Below, piece after piece: positions 26,001-40,400 of a stretch of 64,000 nucleotides of DNA (position 1 is its first letter; every line of letters begins with the position of its first letter). The stretch is from assembly GCA_964016885.1 (NCBI GenBank), contig OZ024741.1, positions 302,064,001 to 302,128,000 of the forward strand. The letters run 5' to 3'. This DNA is from Eledone cirrhosa (taxonomy: Eukaryota). Made by a program: the position numbers and the translations under genes. Under the pieces are notes generated by a model, which did no database searches, was not told the DNA's origin, and was given only the letters and a program-made list of their open reading frames with translations.

Positions 26001-29000
26001 GAGGGAACCACATAATAGAACGTCATTAAATTAAAGTAAGCAGGAGAAATACGTTCTAAATACACAATAATATTGGGTCTAAACAGAGAATCACTTTTTA
26101 TGGATGAAATTTATTATCAGAAACAGCACCCTTTGTCTTCTGGGGGTCTTGTTGAAATGATAAGCAGACAAATGAAATGGAAATAAGCAGAAAGAAGACG
26201 TTCTAGGTACACAATAATTTGGAGGTTAAAGAGAGAAACACTTTTAATAAATGAAATTTATAACTGGAAATGAATTTCTCTAGAACTCTCGACTCACATG
26301 GTGTAAGCTTAAGTTGTTCTTTGAACAGAACTATCTTGATCACATATATGGCATTGGCCAGCCAACGAGCCTGGTGGTAAGCTCCTGGGACCAAGAAGTG
26401 GGGAGATGGCTATGCACCAAGATAGAGAAGAGAGAGCTTTATGAACTTGGCATAGTCTTCTCAGGGATGATCTCCAGAAAGCAGTACAGTCAGTAGATAT
26501 TCAACCATCTCCTCCCTCTTTTGCTTGTAAAAATATTCCATGAGCTCATCATCATCCAGGATGGTGTGATAATGAGACTTATCAATGGAGTCCCAATGTT
26601 CCTGGAACTTTTTGAACATTGGAAAACCAGGACCGGATAATGAGAAAAAGATCTTGAAAACGTTCTGCAAAACCAGTTCAAGAATGTGATGGCAGCAAGC
26701 CAGCCACAAAAGGAATTTTTTCAGAGCTGCTTCAATGTTCGTATTAACTCCTTGGTGCATGCCGGTGTTATGGGCAGTGGTGTTGAAGGACATACCAATT
26801 ATTCTATCCTCAATTTTGAGTAAAAAAAACTTCAAAACAACTTCAAAACAACTCCAGCAATATGTTGTCCAATTCCATCTCTTGCAATCAAAACACCTAA
26901 GAGCTCCTCTTTTCTTTTTTCTGAAATTAAAACTGCAATCCAATCTTTGAGTGTGCTGAATTGGGAAGCTGATGGTAATAATTCTTCATCCCTGCAGAAG
27001 ACTAGCCAAGATCTGTCTTCTTGGAGAAAAGCAGATAACTCGATTTCCTGAGCCATCTTCTCGTGGTGACTGGTTCTTGCTCGATAAACAGTTGAGCAGG
27101 AAACCTGAGGGTTCAGACGCATCATGACCAAGACTCTTCTCAAATGCAGTGTTAGAAGTATTTGCTTGTCATACCAATAGTTCCTCCCATTCCCACATGG
27201 CAACAAGAGTGGCTTTGAGAGTCGACTTTATTTGGGGTGATTTTGATGGCAGTGCTGACTTGAAGATTTCCTCATCATCATCATCGTTATCCTAATTAAT
27301 AGCTGAGCTGGATGACAAACTTTCAATAGCTACTTTCTCAGACATCTTCTTGACTTCATCCTGCTTTCCCTTTCTTACTTTCATATTATGAATCTTCTTT
27401 TCTTTCTTCTGAGTGGCTTTTACATGTTCTACATCAATACCAGCCAGGAATGAAGACATCTGATCTTCCCACTGTGTTTGAAAAAGAAAGCTTTGTCTTG
27501 GAGAACGTCCTGGCTTGTTCGAGAACGTCCTGTATTGCAACATTAAAAATTTCCTTAAGATCACCTTTCCAAATCTCACACTTTGTAATTGTTGTGTCAG
27601 TCTTCCTTGACTTTGTCTTTTTTCCATCCTTGATACAACTTATATCTCGATTGAAGTGCAAATTTTTTTTTCCATTTTGGTAGGGATATTTGCTTTTCTC
27701 CACGCTTCCTGGATTTTTCTGGCTAGTGTCTTTTATGGCAACTGAAATTGTCTCCTTGAGTTCAATGTGATAGTAGAGAAAACACAATAGCACTTGTTGT
27801 TTGGAGGGGAGTCAAGTCTGAGATAACTGCCCCTCAGGTTTTCTCTCATGCAGTCAAAAGGCCTGAATCCATTACATGAAATGGATTCAGAGTGCAATTG
27901 ACATGAGGTAATTCCAACAAAAAAACATTTTCCTATAAATATGAAACACCCTAATATACATATACATGTAAAGTGGTTGTGTAGGTGTCATGACAAAAAG
28001 CACCCAGTACTCACTGTAAATGGGGTTGGCGTTAGGAAGCACAGAAACAAAGCCGGAATCAATTGTGTATGAGCAAGACATGGTCACCTGACCTATCATT
28101 GCCCACAACAGGACAACTTGTAAAACCCATGCTAGCGTGGAAGAATGGACATAAAATGGTGATGATGATGTGATGATGATATGATGTGATAATTTAACTT
28201 GAAGCATTGTGGAATATGAAACAAAAAAGTCTGCTTGTTTAGAAAGCTGTGCAATGCAAGTGGGTTAGATTGCCAAGGTAATAATCAGAAAGGAATTGAG
28301 AGAGAAAATATATATATGGACAGACAGACCAGACAGATAACTAGATAGATGAATGAGATGCTACTAATTAAGACCAGTTCAACTTCGTATTGTATACCTA
28401 TGAAAAGTAGAATGTAGATATTATTATCAATTTCTCATTTAATATTGAAATAATTGTTTCTACTTTTGGCACAAGGCCATCAATTATCCAGTGCATTACT
28501 GGTACTTTATTTTATCGACCCCGTAAGGATGAAAGGCAAAGTTAACCTCGGTGGGATTTGAACTCAGACCGCAAAGGGACGTAACTATGCTGGAAAGCAT
28601 GGCGTCCGACCCTCTACCGATACTGCCAAGCCACCACCCTTTTAATATTGAAATAATAAAAGCTTAACTATAGGGAAAAAAATCCTTATAATACACATGC
28701 GCGCGCATACATATATACATGTGTCAGTGTGTATTTGTGTAACTATAGATGAGTGATTGCATTTGTGTCATTATATACAAACACTGTTGCTCGAAATAAC
28801 TGTGAAATTTCCTTCGTATTACACCCAACAATCCTAAAAGATAATGAAGATATTGAATAATAAAATGCAAGCTACACAATTCCTGAAAAAACAAAGACAG
28901 GGACGTTGTGGCTGGAATCCTGTTTGATCATGGGTCTGCTTGATCAGATCTGACTCAGGGCTAAATAATAACAACACGATAAAAAGAAGGACATACATGA

Positions 29001-32000
29001 TCTTTCTTATGTAATGTTGGTCGTTTCACAATACCTAAATTCTTGTGATGTTTCCTGTCATCTGTGCAGTTATAGGTGCTCTTCTGCAAATGAATTTAAA
29101 ACATTTTATAAAACAAAAAAAAGCAATTCCAATGTTGACAAAGAAACAATATAAGAGGTGAAAGTTTGTTTGGAACATGGTGAGCAACGTTTAAAATTAA
29201 AATTAAAATAGAAGTTTTGCCTTAATATATTTTTCTATATAATAGTCTAATAATAGGGCATATAAACCCACAGAACAGAAAAAGATATTTATTAGACTAT
29301 ATTATATAATTAAAATATTTTATTAGACTATATTATAGTCAAAAATATTATGACAAAACTTCTATTTCTATTTCAATTCTAATATAAGAGATATTTTTGT
29401 TGTTCAGATTATTTTTCGGAGTCAAAAATGTGTGTTGAAGCTGTAAACTATAAGGTAACTTTAAAATTCTAAATTCATGACTTGCTCAATGGATCTAAAA
29501 AGACTGTTTGTCCTGCCTAATTCATATAGATTAAATTAACAGAAAAAGGGTCAGTGTCACTTTGGTGTAATGGTAGCACAGTCGCATGGTATATGGTAGA
29601 TGTGAATTTGAGTACCCAATTTATTAAGCTGTTTTTCATACTCAAAAAACATGTGTTGAAACTGTTAACTTTAAGTTAGCTTTAAAATAATATATATATA
29701 TATATATAAACAAGAAGTGTAAGTCAACAGGTTAAAGTTAACTTTGTTTATTCATAGTCGCTGTTATACAAATTTTGGTGATAACCATTATGCAACAGCC
29801 ATGACCTCATCAGACAGCTAGAATTTGAACAGAAAAAAACGAAAAACATAATGATGGAATAAAGTTTACTTCTGTAATTTCGATTTTTTTATATGCTCAG
29901 TGCTGAAGTTATCATCATCATCAATGTTTAAAGTCCATTTTCCATACTAGCATGAGTTAGACGAGCTGTCTCATTATGAGACAAGCCAGGTCGGATGACC
30001 GTGTCATACTCGTACAGAACTGATTTGGGCTTGGTTTCTACAGTTGGATGCCCTTCCTAACACTAACAACATTTACAGTGTGTACTGGGTGCTTTTTGCA
30101 AAGGTAAATGTAGTGAAAGACTGGAGGCTACAGTGTTCACGATTAAATAGAGACAGTATAGGTTTGAGAGGATTCTTCACTCTGGCCAAACATATGACGA
30201 CTTCTTAGGTACTGGTGCCATGATAAAATTCACCAGTATAATCTGAAAGGGTTGCCATTAGGATGGGCATCTGGCTATAGAAAGTATGCCAAATATGGAA
30301 AATATGGGAAAGATGAGGTATCTCTGACCTGTCTAGCCTCGGACCATGACAATCTGTCCAACTCGTGACAGTGTGGAAAGTGGAAGTAAAAACGATGATA
30401 ATAATGATGATGATATATATTATCTTCATCATCCTTTAACCTTAGTTTTCCCTGCCACCAACTTAATAATGAAGAAGTTAGTTACATTACTAAATATTTC
30501 CAAATTCTCAATTGTTTTCAAAATGATCAGAGAATTATAGGCTGTGTCTTTCATTATAAACTAGCAGCAGTACCCAGCGTTGCCTGGGTAGGTAAAATAA
30601 TATCTGCTTTGATGAAAAGGTGTTGATCCTAGCGACTGTTTCTCGATGACTCATCTATGGCCACACACAGGCCATGCGGGGGAGGATGGTGATGACCTCT
30701 ATCACTGAGAAACGCGGGTGACTGACGAAGGGGCATGCTGGGGGAGGGAGGTTCGTGGTATTTTTGAATATTTAAGCGGTTGCCAGACCATTCCTGAACA
30801 AAACATCCAAAATGTAAAGCCACTTCAAGACGTGGAATAATCAGATCTAACATAGTGTAAAATTTGAACAAAGTAGGTTGATTAATGTGGGAGCTAGAGC
30901 CGAAAAAGTGGAAATTTGAGTCTAAAAGTGGTATTTTTGAATATTTAAGCAGCTGCCACACCGTCCCTGAACAACAAATGCAAAATATAAAGCCATTACA
31001 GGATGTAAAATGATAAATTCTATTTTGCTTTAAAATTTGAACAAAATCGGTGGCAAAATGTGGGAGCTAGAGCCAAAAATCTTATTTTTCGATACCTAAA
31101 AAAAGGTGACCCCTATCGATTTTTATCTGCAGAATGACCCCGGAATAAAAAAAACGATAGGCTGATATATAGAAAACACTCCCCGATGACTAATCTATGA
31201 GCCTGTAAAGTTTCATGAAAATTGGTCGTAAGATGTAAACCCCTATAGGTAATACACAGACACACACACACATACTTAATTTTATATATATACAGATATG
31301 GTAACAAAAGGATTAACAATTTTGTTACCAAATTGCCTATGATACTAAGCTTTTTTTTTTAAGTATTTATATTTATTTTAAAACCTTCCATCATAGTTTT
31401 ATCTCACCTTTTGTTAAGTTATGTTCCAAACATCATCTTAATGATGAGAAAGTTAGTTATATTACTAAATCTTTCCAAATTCTTGATTGTTTTCAAAATT
31501 ATTTGAAAATCATAGGCAATGTCTTCTTCTTTGCCTATTTATTCCTGAGAGGATCATGGGAGCAGAGTCCTGAAACATTCCTTCCAGCAGGTCCTATCAG
31601 AAGCAACCATCTCCAACTGATCCAGCTGGATCTCCAAGTGAGACCAGCCGAGCTCATGGATATTATCCAACCATCTTGCTCAGAGTCTACTACCCCTGAG
31701 ACTCCTGCTGGTTGGTTTTTGCCCATAAAATCTGTCCAGCGATTCTTTCCTGAAGTATTCTAACCACATGCCATTAGTATCGGAGCTGTGATCTCTAAAT
31801 TTGGGGAAGTAGTGGCTCTATCAAGTAACATTACTCCAAAGACCCTTTGGAGGAACCCCATTTTGGCCACTTGTATTCATGATTGTATTCTTTCAGTCAT
31901 TACTATAAGAAAAATTGTAACAAGTGTTAACCAAAAATATCATAAAACATGTCAAGAAAGAAAAGTATTAAAAGATTTTAAATATTGTTTTTACTTTTGA

Positions 32001-33994
32001 TACAAGACCAACAATTATCCCAGTGCATTATTGGTGCTTTATTTGATCAACCCCGTAAGGACGAAAGTTAACCTCAGTGGAATATGAACTCAGAATGTTA
32101 AGGGACGTAACTCTATGCTGCAAAGCATGGCGTCGAACCCTCTACCGATACTGCCAATTCACTGCCCTTTTAAATATTAAAAGCAATGACGATGATGTAA
32201 TCCAACATTCTCACTAGAAAACTTGAAATATCAACTCACCCGCAACAGTTGCCAACCAGAATCAATTAAATCATTTGTGGTACCATAACGTCTTACCACA
32301 TAACCTGAAAGCCTGCAATGAAAATATCAGTATTACTACTACTAATACTACTACTACTACTAATACTATTTCCACATTTTATAAAATGTTTTCTCATTTC
32401 TATTTCGATGCATAAGTCTCATCTAACATATGCAAGTATGGAAAAACAAATGTAAAAATGATGATGATGGGGAAATTCATAAATCTTCATAACATTGTTT
32501 TATCATGTTATATATTTCAATTATGTCTTTGATTTTGTTTCATAGAAAGTGTAACACTTGAATATAATTCATTGTGTTAAAAAATTGATTTATATCATTA
32601 ATTTCATTCCATAATTATAGTTGTTGAAAGTGTAACACTTGAATACATTTTCTTGTGTTAAAGATTTTTATTATGTTATCAATTTCATACCAAAGTTAAG
32701 ATTCCTCACTACCCTGTATTAGTTCGTATTCAGAGTGTCTGCTCTCCTAGACAGGTTGCCTTCTGTATAGTTTATGAAGTCCACATCTACCTGTGCTTTA
32801 TACACTAATAGCTTAGTATCAAAGGACCACGGTGCTACATCTTCCATGCAAAACATAAAGGGTCTACTTGAAGTATGTAATAAATGTCAACCAATACCAC
32901 ATAACAGCTGGACATACCAGACATCACAAATGAACCTATATCACATATAAGAGCACAACATGACCAAAAGATTAAGAAGTTTACCTCACATGGCTCTACT
33001 GCATTTTGGGCCAAGCAGGATAAACTCTCCAAATATCGGTCCCTCACTACAGGTTTGCAGTCAAGCCCATAGCAGTAGAGACTTCTGGTGTCCTTGGCTC
33101 TAGGACCACCTCCCTACTCACCACCATCAGCATAGAGTTGGCTACCCGCAGGCATGAGCCTTGCGAGCTGGAATGGCTCTTTCAGTGCATCTCCCTCACC
33201 ATCCTCCGGGGAAACGCCTTCTCTATTCTGTCTGCCGGGGCTGCAGGGCAGCTAGTGAGTGGGCCCCATTTGCTCATAATAGTGAGAAATGGGGAGAGCG
33301 GGAGAGACGGAGGCAGTGACGGTGAGAGTTTGGTTCCTTTGTGTTTGGACCTGATGTATATGTATGTTTCAGTGATACACAATCATTAGGTCTAAGGTTC
33401 AATCCCATTGTGTGGAAGCTTGAGCAAATGTCATTTACCATAGTCTCAGGTTGACTCAAACCTACTGAGTGAAATTGGGTAGACGGAAACTGTTTGGAAG
33501 CCCATCAAATGGACTGTACCTGTAATTCAAAAGGCCAGGCTTGTCACACGCTGACACACTGAATCCCTTTGAGAATTATATTAAGGATACATGTGTCTGT
33601 AGAATGCTTCAGTATTGCCAGCATTTCTCTATTGCCAGTATTGCCCAGCATTTCTCTAGTATTGCCTTAGTATTGCCCAAGTATGGCCCAAGTATTGCCT
33701 CTGCTAACTGGCTAATTAGCAATAAAAGATTAAAGAGTCCAAGAAAAACTTACCATTGACTAATGTTCCGAACTGAAGAATCCATTGACATAGATTCATC
33801 TAACAAGAACGCATACATTACATAATTCTGGTAAATACCCTCTGGAGAGAGTCCTGTTCCAATCATTGAACTATTTGCAGAAGAACGTGCATTAGTTGGA
33901 CCCTAAATAGTACACAGAATTTCAAAACATCATCAGGATTGTATAATGAGAAATAAATAAAAATTAAATATTTGCATTTTTACATACACTTACC

Positions 33995-34029
<35 letters not shown>

Positions 34030-37000
34030 TAAATACTAACTACTCTCTGGTCCCAAATAATATGGTGGTTGAAATAAGGGGGGGGGTATATTTTTTTTAG
34101 GTTGTCTCCCTTTATTTTTTTAGCAAACAGAATTAGTCGTTTAGTTTACATATTGAGACCCCAACCTATCCGATTTATGTTATAACGTATAAAAGTCTAA
34201 AGAAAATTAACTATCACAGGAATGCTACCACTTAAAATAAAATTTCGCTGGAGATAGATTAACAAAATTTAATAAGCGGGTGAGTTGGGAAAAATCTGAA
34301 AAATTAATACGCGAAAGGGGATGAGTATTCCAGACCTGAGAGTAACTAACTATATCAGTTACTTTCAGTCGTGTATAACTTGGTAATATACACTAGGCTT
34401 TCACTAAGGGTTTTAGGTACCCATGCAGTTGGGAGCAGACACAGACACTTCATCAAAGGTGTATGTATAGTACATAGAATAATATACAAATGTCAGGGAA
34501 GTGAATAGTGTACGAGTCATGATATACATGTGTGTATGTGTATGGAGGGGGAATATTAAGTGTAGTGTTGGCGAATCTCAGGAAGCATGGAGGTTTTAAA
34601 GGATGCAGTGTTTCGACAGCTAATAACTGATGCAGGTAGTTTGTTCCACAGCAACTCTGAGCGTGAAAAATGTTTCCGAAAGTCATGGAAGCTGTGCTGT
34701 TTTCTGACTTTGTGGGCATGCCCACGTGTGTTAGACAAATGGAAATCAAAAAGTTAATCAGGGTTGTTGTTGGCAAGATGGTTAATAATTTTGTGGGTGT
34801 TTACCAAGTCAGTTGCCAGACGTTGTAGCTTCAATGTATCCATGCCCAGGGAAGCAAGGCATTCAGAGTATGGTAGATGCCTGATGGAGGGTATTTGGTT
34901 GGTTGCACGTCTCTGAACAGTTTCCAGGCGGTCAATGTTCTGAGCAAGATAGGGGTTCCAGACTGGTGATGCAAATTCTAAGTGTGGCTGCACCATAGCT
35001 ATGTACAGCTTGAAATAGATAGCTGGAGAGCGGCTGACAAAGGTCTTGCTGAGTGATGCTAAGACACTCTCGGCCTTCTTGACAATTTTAGAGACGTGCT
35101 TTGTCCAACACAAATTGCTGCTGACCGTAATGCCCAGGTCACGTTCATATATTCTTTTAATGGTTTCAATCATTGAACTGTGGCCATGCAGAACAACCAC
35201 CTTCTAAGGTACAGTTGATTACATCAATACCAGTATTTATTTTATTGACAGCAATGTGAACCTGGACAAGATTTTAATTCAGACTATAAAGGGGCATATT
35301 AAAATACTACATAGTATTTAGGCCAAAACTCTACCAATTCTACCCTTCAACTGTCACACTTTGCTCCTTAGAATTAAATCTTGTAACATACCATAACTAT
35401 GTTTCACTACCATGTAACATACAATAGCTATGTTTTATTACAATTTAACAACATACCATAACTATGTTTCACTACCATGTAACATACAATAGCTATGTTT
35501 TACTACAATTTAACAACATACATTAACTAGGTTTCACTACCATGTAACATACAATATCTATGTTCCACTACCATGTAATATCATGCCTCAAACAAAAAGC
35601 AAAAATAAAAATATTTTCAACTTACCACATTAACACTTTCCATGTCACCATATAAATCCATGGTGCCACCAAAATTATGGAGCATACACCAAATAAATGG
35701 TTGACCATAAAAGAAATCAAGTCGTTTCCACATTGGCCTAACTTCAGCAAACAAATCTAAGACAATCATACGACCCTATAAAGAATTTGAAAATAAATAC
35801 ATAATAATGAATTAACTATTATAATATGCCACATGTGATTGTACATTTATATATATCTCCATCTGTAACACTTTAATATTTACACACACAAACATATACA
35901 CACATAAACACACACAATACATTTTCTATTTCGTGTAGCTAATATAATAAGTTCACTTTCCATTCACAAAGTCTTGTGTTCTACCCTTACAGTTGTCCTT
36001 GTAAATAGTTATTTCTCCAAAGTTACTCATACATTTAATACTGTAAGTCATTTGTACTTATATGTTGAACATTTATGTCATTATATACTAGAAATAAATT
36101 ATCAAAATATGGTTCTTATCTTAATGACTTCCATGTATCAGTAATCAGCATAAACTATAGAGTTTCTCTTATGCTAACCATTAATTCATCAAAACACAAA
36201 TTTACTAGTTTGTATGTTTGTTCATATATCCAGTAATCTTAGCATGTATGGCATACCAATCCTTGGCTCCCAAATTTAAATACATAAATAAGTACAATCA
36301 CCCATCACCTACCTGACTACAGGCAATACAGGTCCATAGCTAATTTGGACGTAATTTCTAGTTTGGTGGCATTAGTTGCAACATCAGTTGTAGAGGGTGT
36401 CATAGTGACACAGTGTATCTTGGGCATTTTTTTTTTTTTTACTTGACAGATCCCATCTCCTCTTCAGATCTGAACACAGTCGAATTCCTCCAGAAAAGAG
36501 ACGCATGATAGAGATGCAGTGAGAAAGGGATATAAGGGAAGAATCGATCCCTGTACTAAACTGGTACTTTTTTTTATCAACCTTGAAAGGATGATAGGCA
36601 AAGTTGACCTTGGCAGGTTTTGAACACAGAGTACAGAGAGTTGGCACAAACACTCCAAATATACATACAAAGCAGCACCCCAACAACATTGGAGGGTCAT
36701 GGTAAAAGTGAAATGAAGGAGACATGACTTACATGACTGCTATTTCATAGGTGCAAATGTCAAATGCTTGTCAGATTGAATGTAACTGTTAAGCTCACTA
36801 TCAATATGTACATATGTATGTATGTATGTTGAAAGCCTCTTTGAAAGATGTTAACATCTCTGCTGATACATGGGAATACATAGCTGCTGATCGTAATAAA
36901 TGGAGAAAGACTGTATATGAGGGGAAAGTTGCCTTTGAGGCATCTCGAATCGCATACAAGAAAGTAAAAGGGGATGTGAGGAAGGGCATTGCTGTGCATT

Positions 37001-37400
37001 TCCAGACAGCGAAGGTCTTCCTATGGTGCTGACATGAAGCATCTGTGCGAGACTCTGCTTCAGCAAAGCTGGACTCGAAAGTCATCTTCGCAGTCATAAA
37101 GTGAGACCAGTGGTTGACTACCAGGCTGCTGTTGGAGATGCTACGCATCATGCCTACCAAGCATGTGGTAGAGGGTGTAGATCAGCAGGAGGGCTCAAAC
37201 GACATGCAAAAGTACATGAACTCCAACCATAGCCGGCTACTGCCAGTGAATGTTTTCGTTGCCAACTCTGTGCAAGACATTTTAGATCATTGACTGGGCT
37301 AAAAAGCCACATTCAATTGCAGCACCATTAATTGTTATTGTGTGTGTGTGTATAGATATGTATGTGTGTGTGTGTATATATATGTATATATATATATATA

Positions 37401-37459
<59 letters not shown>

Positions 37460-40400
37460 AGCTGCATTTATCTTGCTTTATGTTCATACGAGTTATCACC
37501 AAGTTACAACCAGTGACCTCAAGAGACAACAAGGTCCGCCATGTTCAAGAAAGAACATACATACTCACACATGCATCTTTAGGTGTTTAGACTTGTGATG
37601 TACTTATATTGACAGAATCTTCCTTAGTATATGGGCAGTTCCCATTAGTACTATCTTTTGTATTTCTCCTATACGCGGGTTTCCTGGGATTTGCGATAAG
37701 TAATCATTAGACCCCTTAGGTATCATTCCTAGAGCGCTTACAACCACTGGTATTGTTTTAGTTCTCAATTTCTACATTTTTCCAATTTCTATCTCCAGGT
37801 CCTTATACTTGCTCAATTTTTCAAATGTTTTTATAGATACATTCTTGTCTATTGGAACGGACATATCAATTAGCAGGCATACTCTCTTTTTAAAGTCCTT
37901 CAATATTATATCAGGTCTATTTGCATCTATTTTTCGGTCTGTTTGGATGCTAAAGTTCCACAAGATTGAGATGTGATCTTTTTCAAGTATGGGAGGTGGT
38001 TGATGCTCCCACCAATTCTTTTGATGGGGCAAATCAAAATGCTTACACATTATCCAATGTATGTATTGTGCAGCTCTGTCATGCCTGTTTAGGTATTCGG
38101 TTGGAGCTATAGGACTGCACATTGAAATTATATGGTCTCTGGTTGTTTTTTACATACACAGCATAATGGGCTGCATCCATTTTTTATTATGTTGGCTTGG
38201 TAATTTTATTATTATTATTATTATTAATATTATTGTTATTGTTGTCATTATTATTATTTTTTTCGTGTAATGGCCATACTCGATAACGAAGGGGTAGCCA
38301 TCATGTATGTATGTATGTATATACAAAGGGCAGAAGAACCCATAAGAGTCAACGGCCATCCGAAATTGTGTAAATATGTATATAGACATGTACCGTGTGG
38401 TTAAACCACTGAGAGTGAAGGACCCCTAGCCTTTGTCAGGACATTCTTCTAGAAGGCAACTCAGGAAACTGGGATAACTCCGATATAAAACCTGTGGCTC
38501 AGTAGTTACCGATGATGTTGATCTTTTCTTCTTTTCGGCTTATAGCTACTGTTGCTTAGAGAGTGGGATTGGCTCAGTGCACAGTCTTTCCTCACTTTAA
38601 AAAATATCTTCACGCACAGACATTGCATGATAGCATTAATTAATAATTATTAATAATAGTATATCGTACAATGGCCATACTCGATAACGAGGGGGCAGCC
38701 ATCATGTATGTATGTATGTATTGACATGTAACCCCTAATGGAGTTTTAGGAATGTTGTAATGATATAAAGTATTTCCTGGGCATTTTAAGCCTAGCAGAG
38801 CCCATTAAAAGATAAAAGCTTACAAACCCTTGGAACTGATGTTAAAAGTGCTTTCGCTTGTGGAGGTTTCCAGAAATTTGTATCTTGAAAAAGCCATCCT
38901 TGCATTAACCTAAAAGAGAAAATTTAGAGGATTCAATGTGAATGGGTTTACATATAGGAGTATATGTGTTTATCTTGTCTTCTATTATAATTTCATTTAC
39001 ATCTCAGATGCATGTCTTTCATAATCATCATTTAACATCTTTTCTCCATACATACATAGATACATACATACAAAGATACATACATATGCACATATATATA
39101 TGCCCACATACATAAGCACAGAGATAGATATGCACATGCATAGATATATACACACATACATAGATACATACACACATACATAGATACCTACACATATATA
39201 TACACCCATCTTCTTCTTCACCCACTTATTCCTGAGAGGGTCATGAGGGCAGAGTCCTCAAACACTCCTTCCAGCAGGTCCTGTCAAAAGCAATTGTCTC
39301 CAACTAATCTGGCTGGTTTCCCAAGTGAGACCAGCAAAGCTCATGGATGTTATTCAACCATCTTGCTCAGGATCAACCCTTGAGTCTCTTGCTGGTTGGT
39401 TTTGCCCGTAAAATCTATCCAGCGATTATTTCCTGAGACATTCTAACCATATGTCCATAGTATAGGAGCTGTGATCTCTCAATTCAGAGAAGTAGCAGCT
39501 CTACCTAGAGTGACTCGTTGATCGCCAAGCTACGCACTCTATCAAGTAACGTTACTCCAAAAACCTTTCGGAGGGACCCCATTTTGCCTGCATATATGTA
39601 TTCACGATCATATTCTTTCAGTCATTATCCCGTGACCATAGGTAAGAGTTGGCATGAATACCAAATTGAAGATAGCGGGTTTGGCTTTTACACCTATCTG
39701 TCTTCCTCTGATAACTGAATGCTGAAGCTGGCACATTACCACCCCATCTCCCACAATTCTTGCACTTAATTCAGCCTCCTGCTTTCCATCACTCATGAAC
39801 AAGACCCCGAGATACTTGAATTTCTCGACCTGCTTTAGTGGAACTCCATTCACATATAGAGTGCATTACACGGGCTTCCTTGAGAGGACAAGTGCCTCAG
39901 TTTTCGCAGCACTGATTTTCATTCCAGCCATGTAGCATTCGGCTTCAAACCTATCAACTGCAAGTCGGAGATCACCTTCTGTCGAGTTAAGTAACACCAT
40001 GTCATCTGCAAATTCCAGCCCGGCTGCACGTGTCAATCCTGTTCATGATAAACAGGAGAGGTGACAGTGCGTACTCTTGGCAGCATCTGACACCTATATT
40101 GAATGGTTTCACACATACATGCACATATATGCACATACATAAATACATACACACACTCACACAAAAACACACACATCTACATACATAAACACAAAATCAA
40201 AGGAGAGAACATACACACACACACATACATAATAGCTGCATCTCAGTTTCAAGAATTGCCATCCCTTGACCTTTTTCTCATACATGGTGGCACAAACATG
40301 ACCTTTTATCTCCACCAAGGACTTAGATTCCTTTCTGCAAAAGCTGCCATTGAGTCACAGATTTTACATGAGAGTTTCCTTTTCATAGAATTATGCCCTA

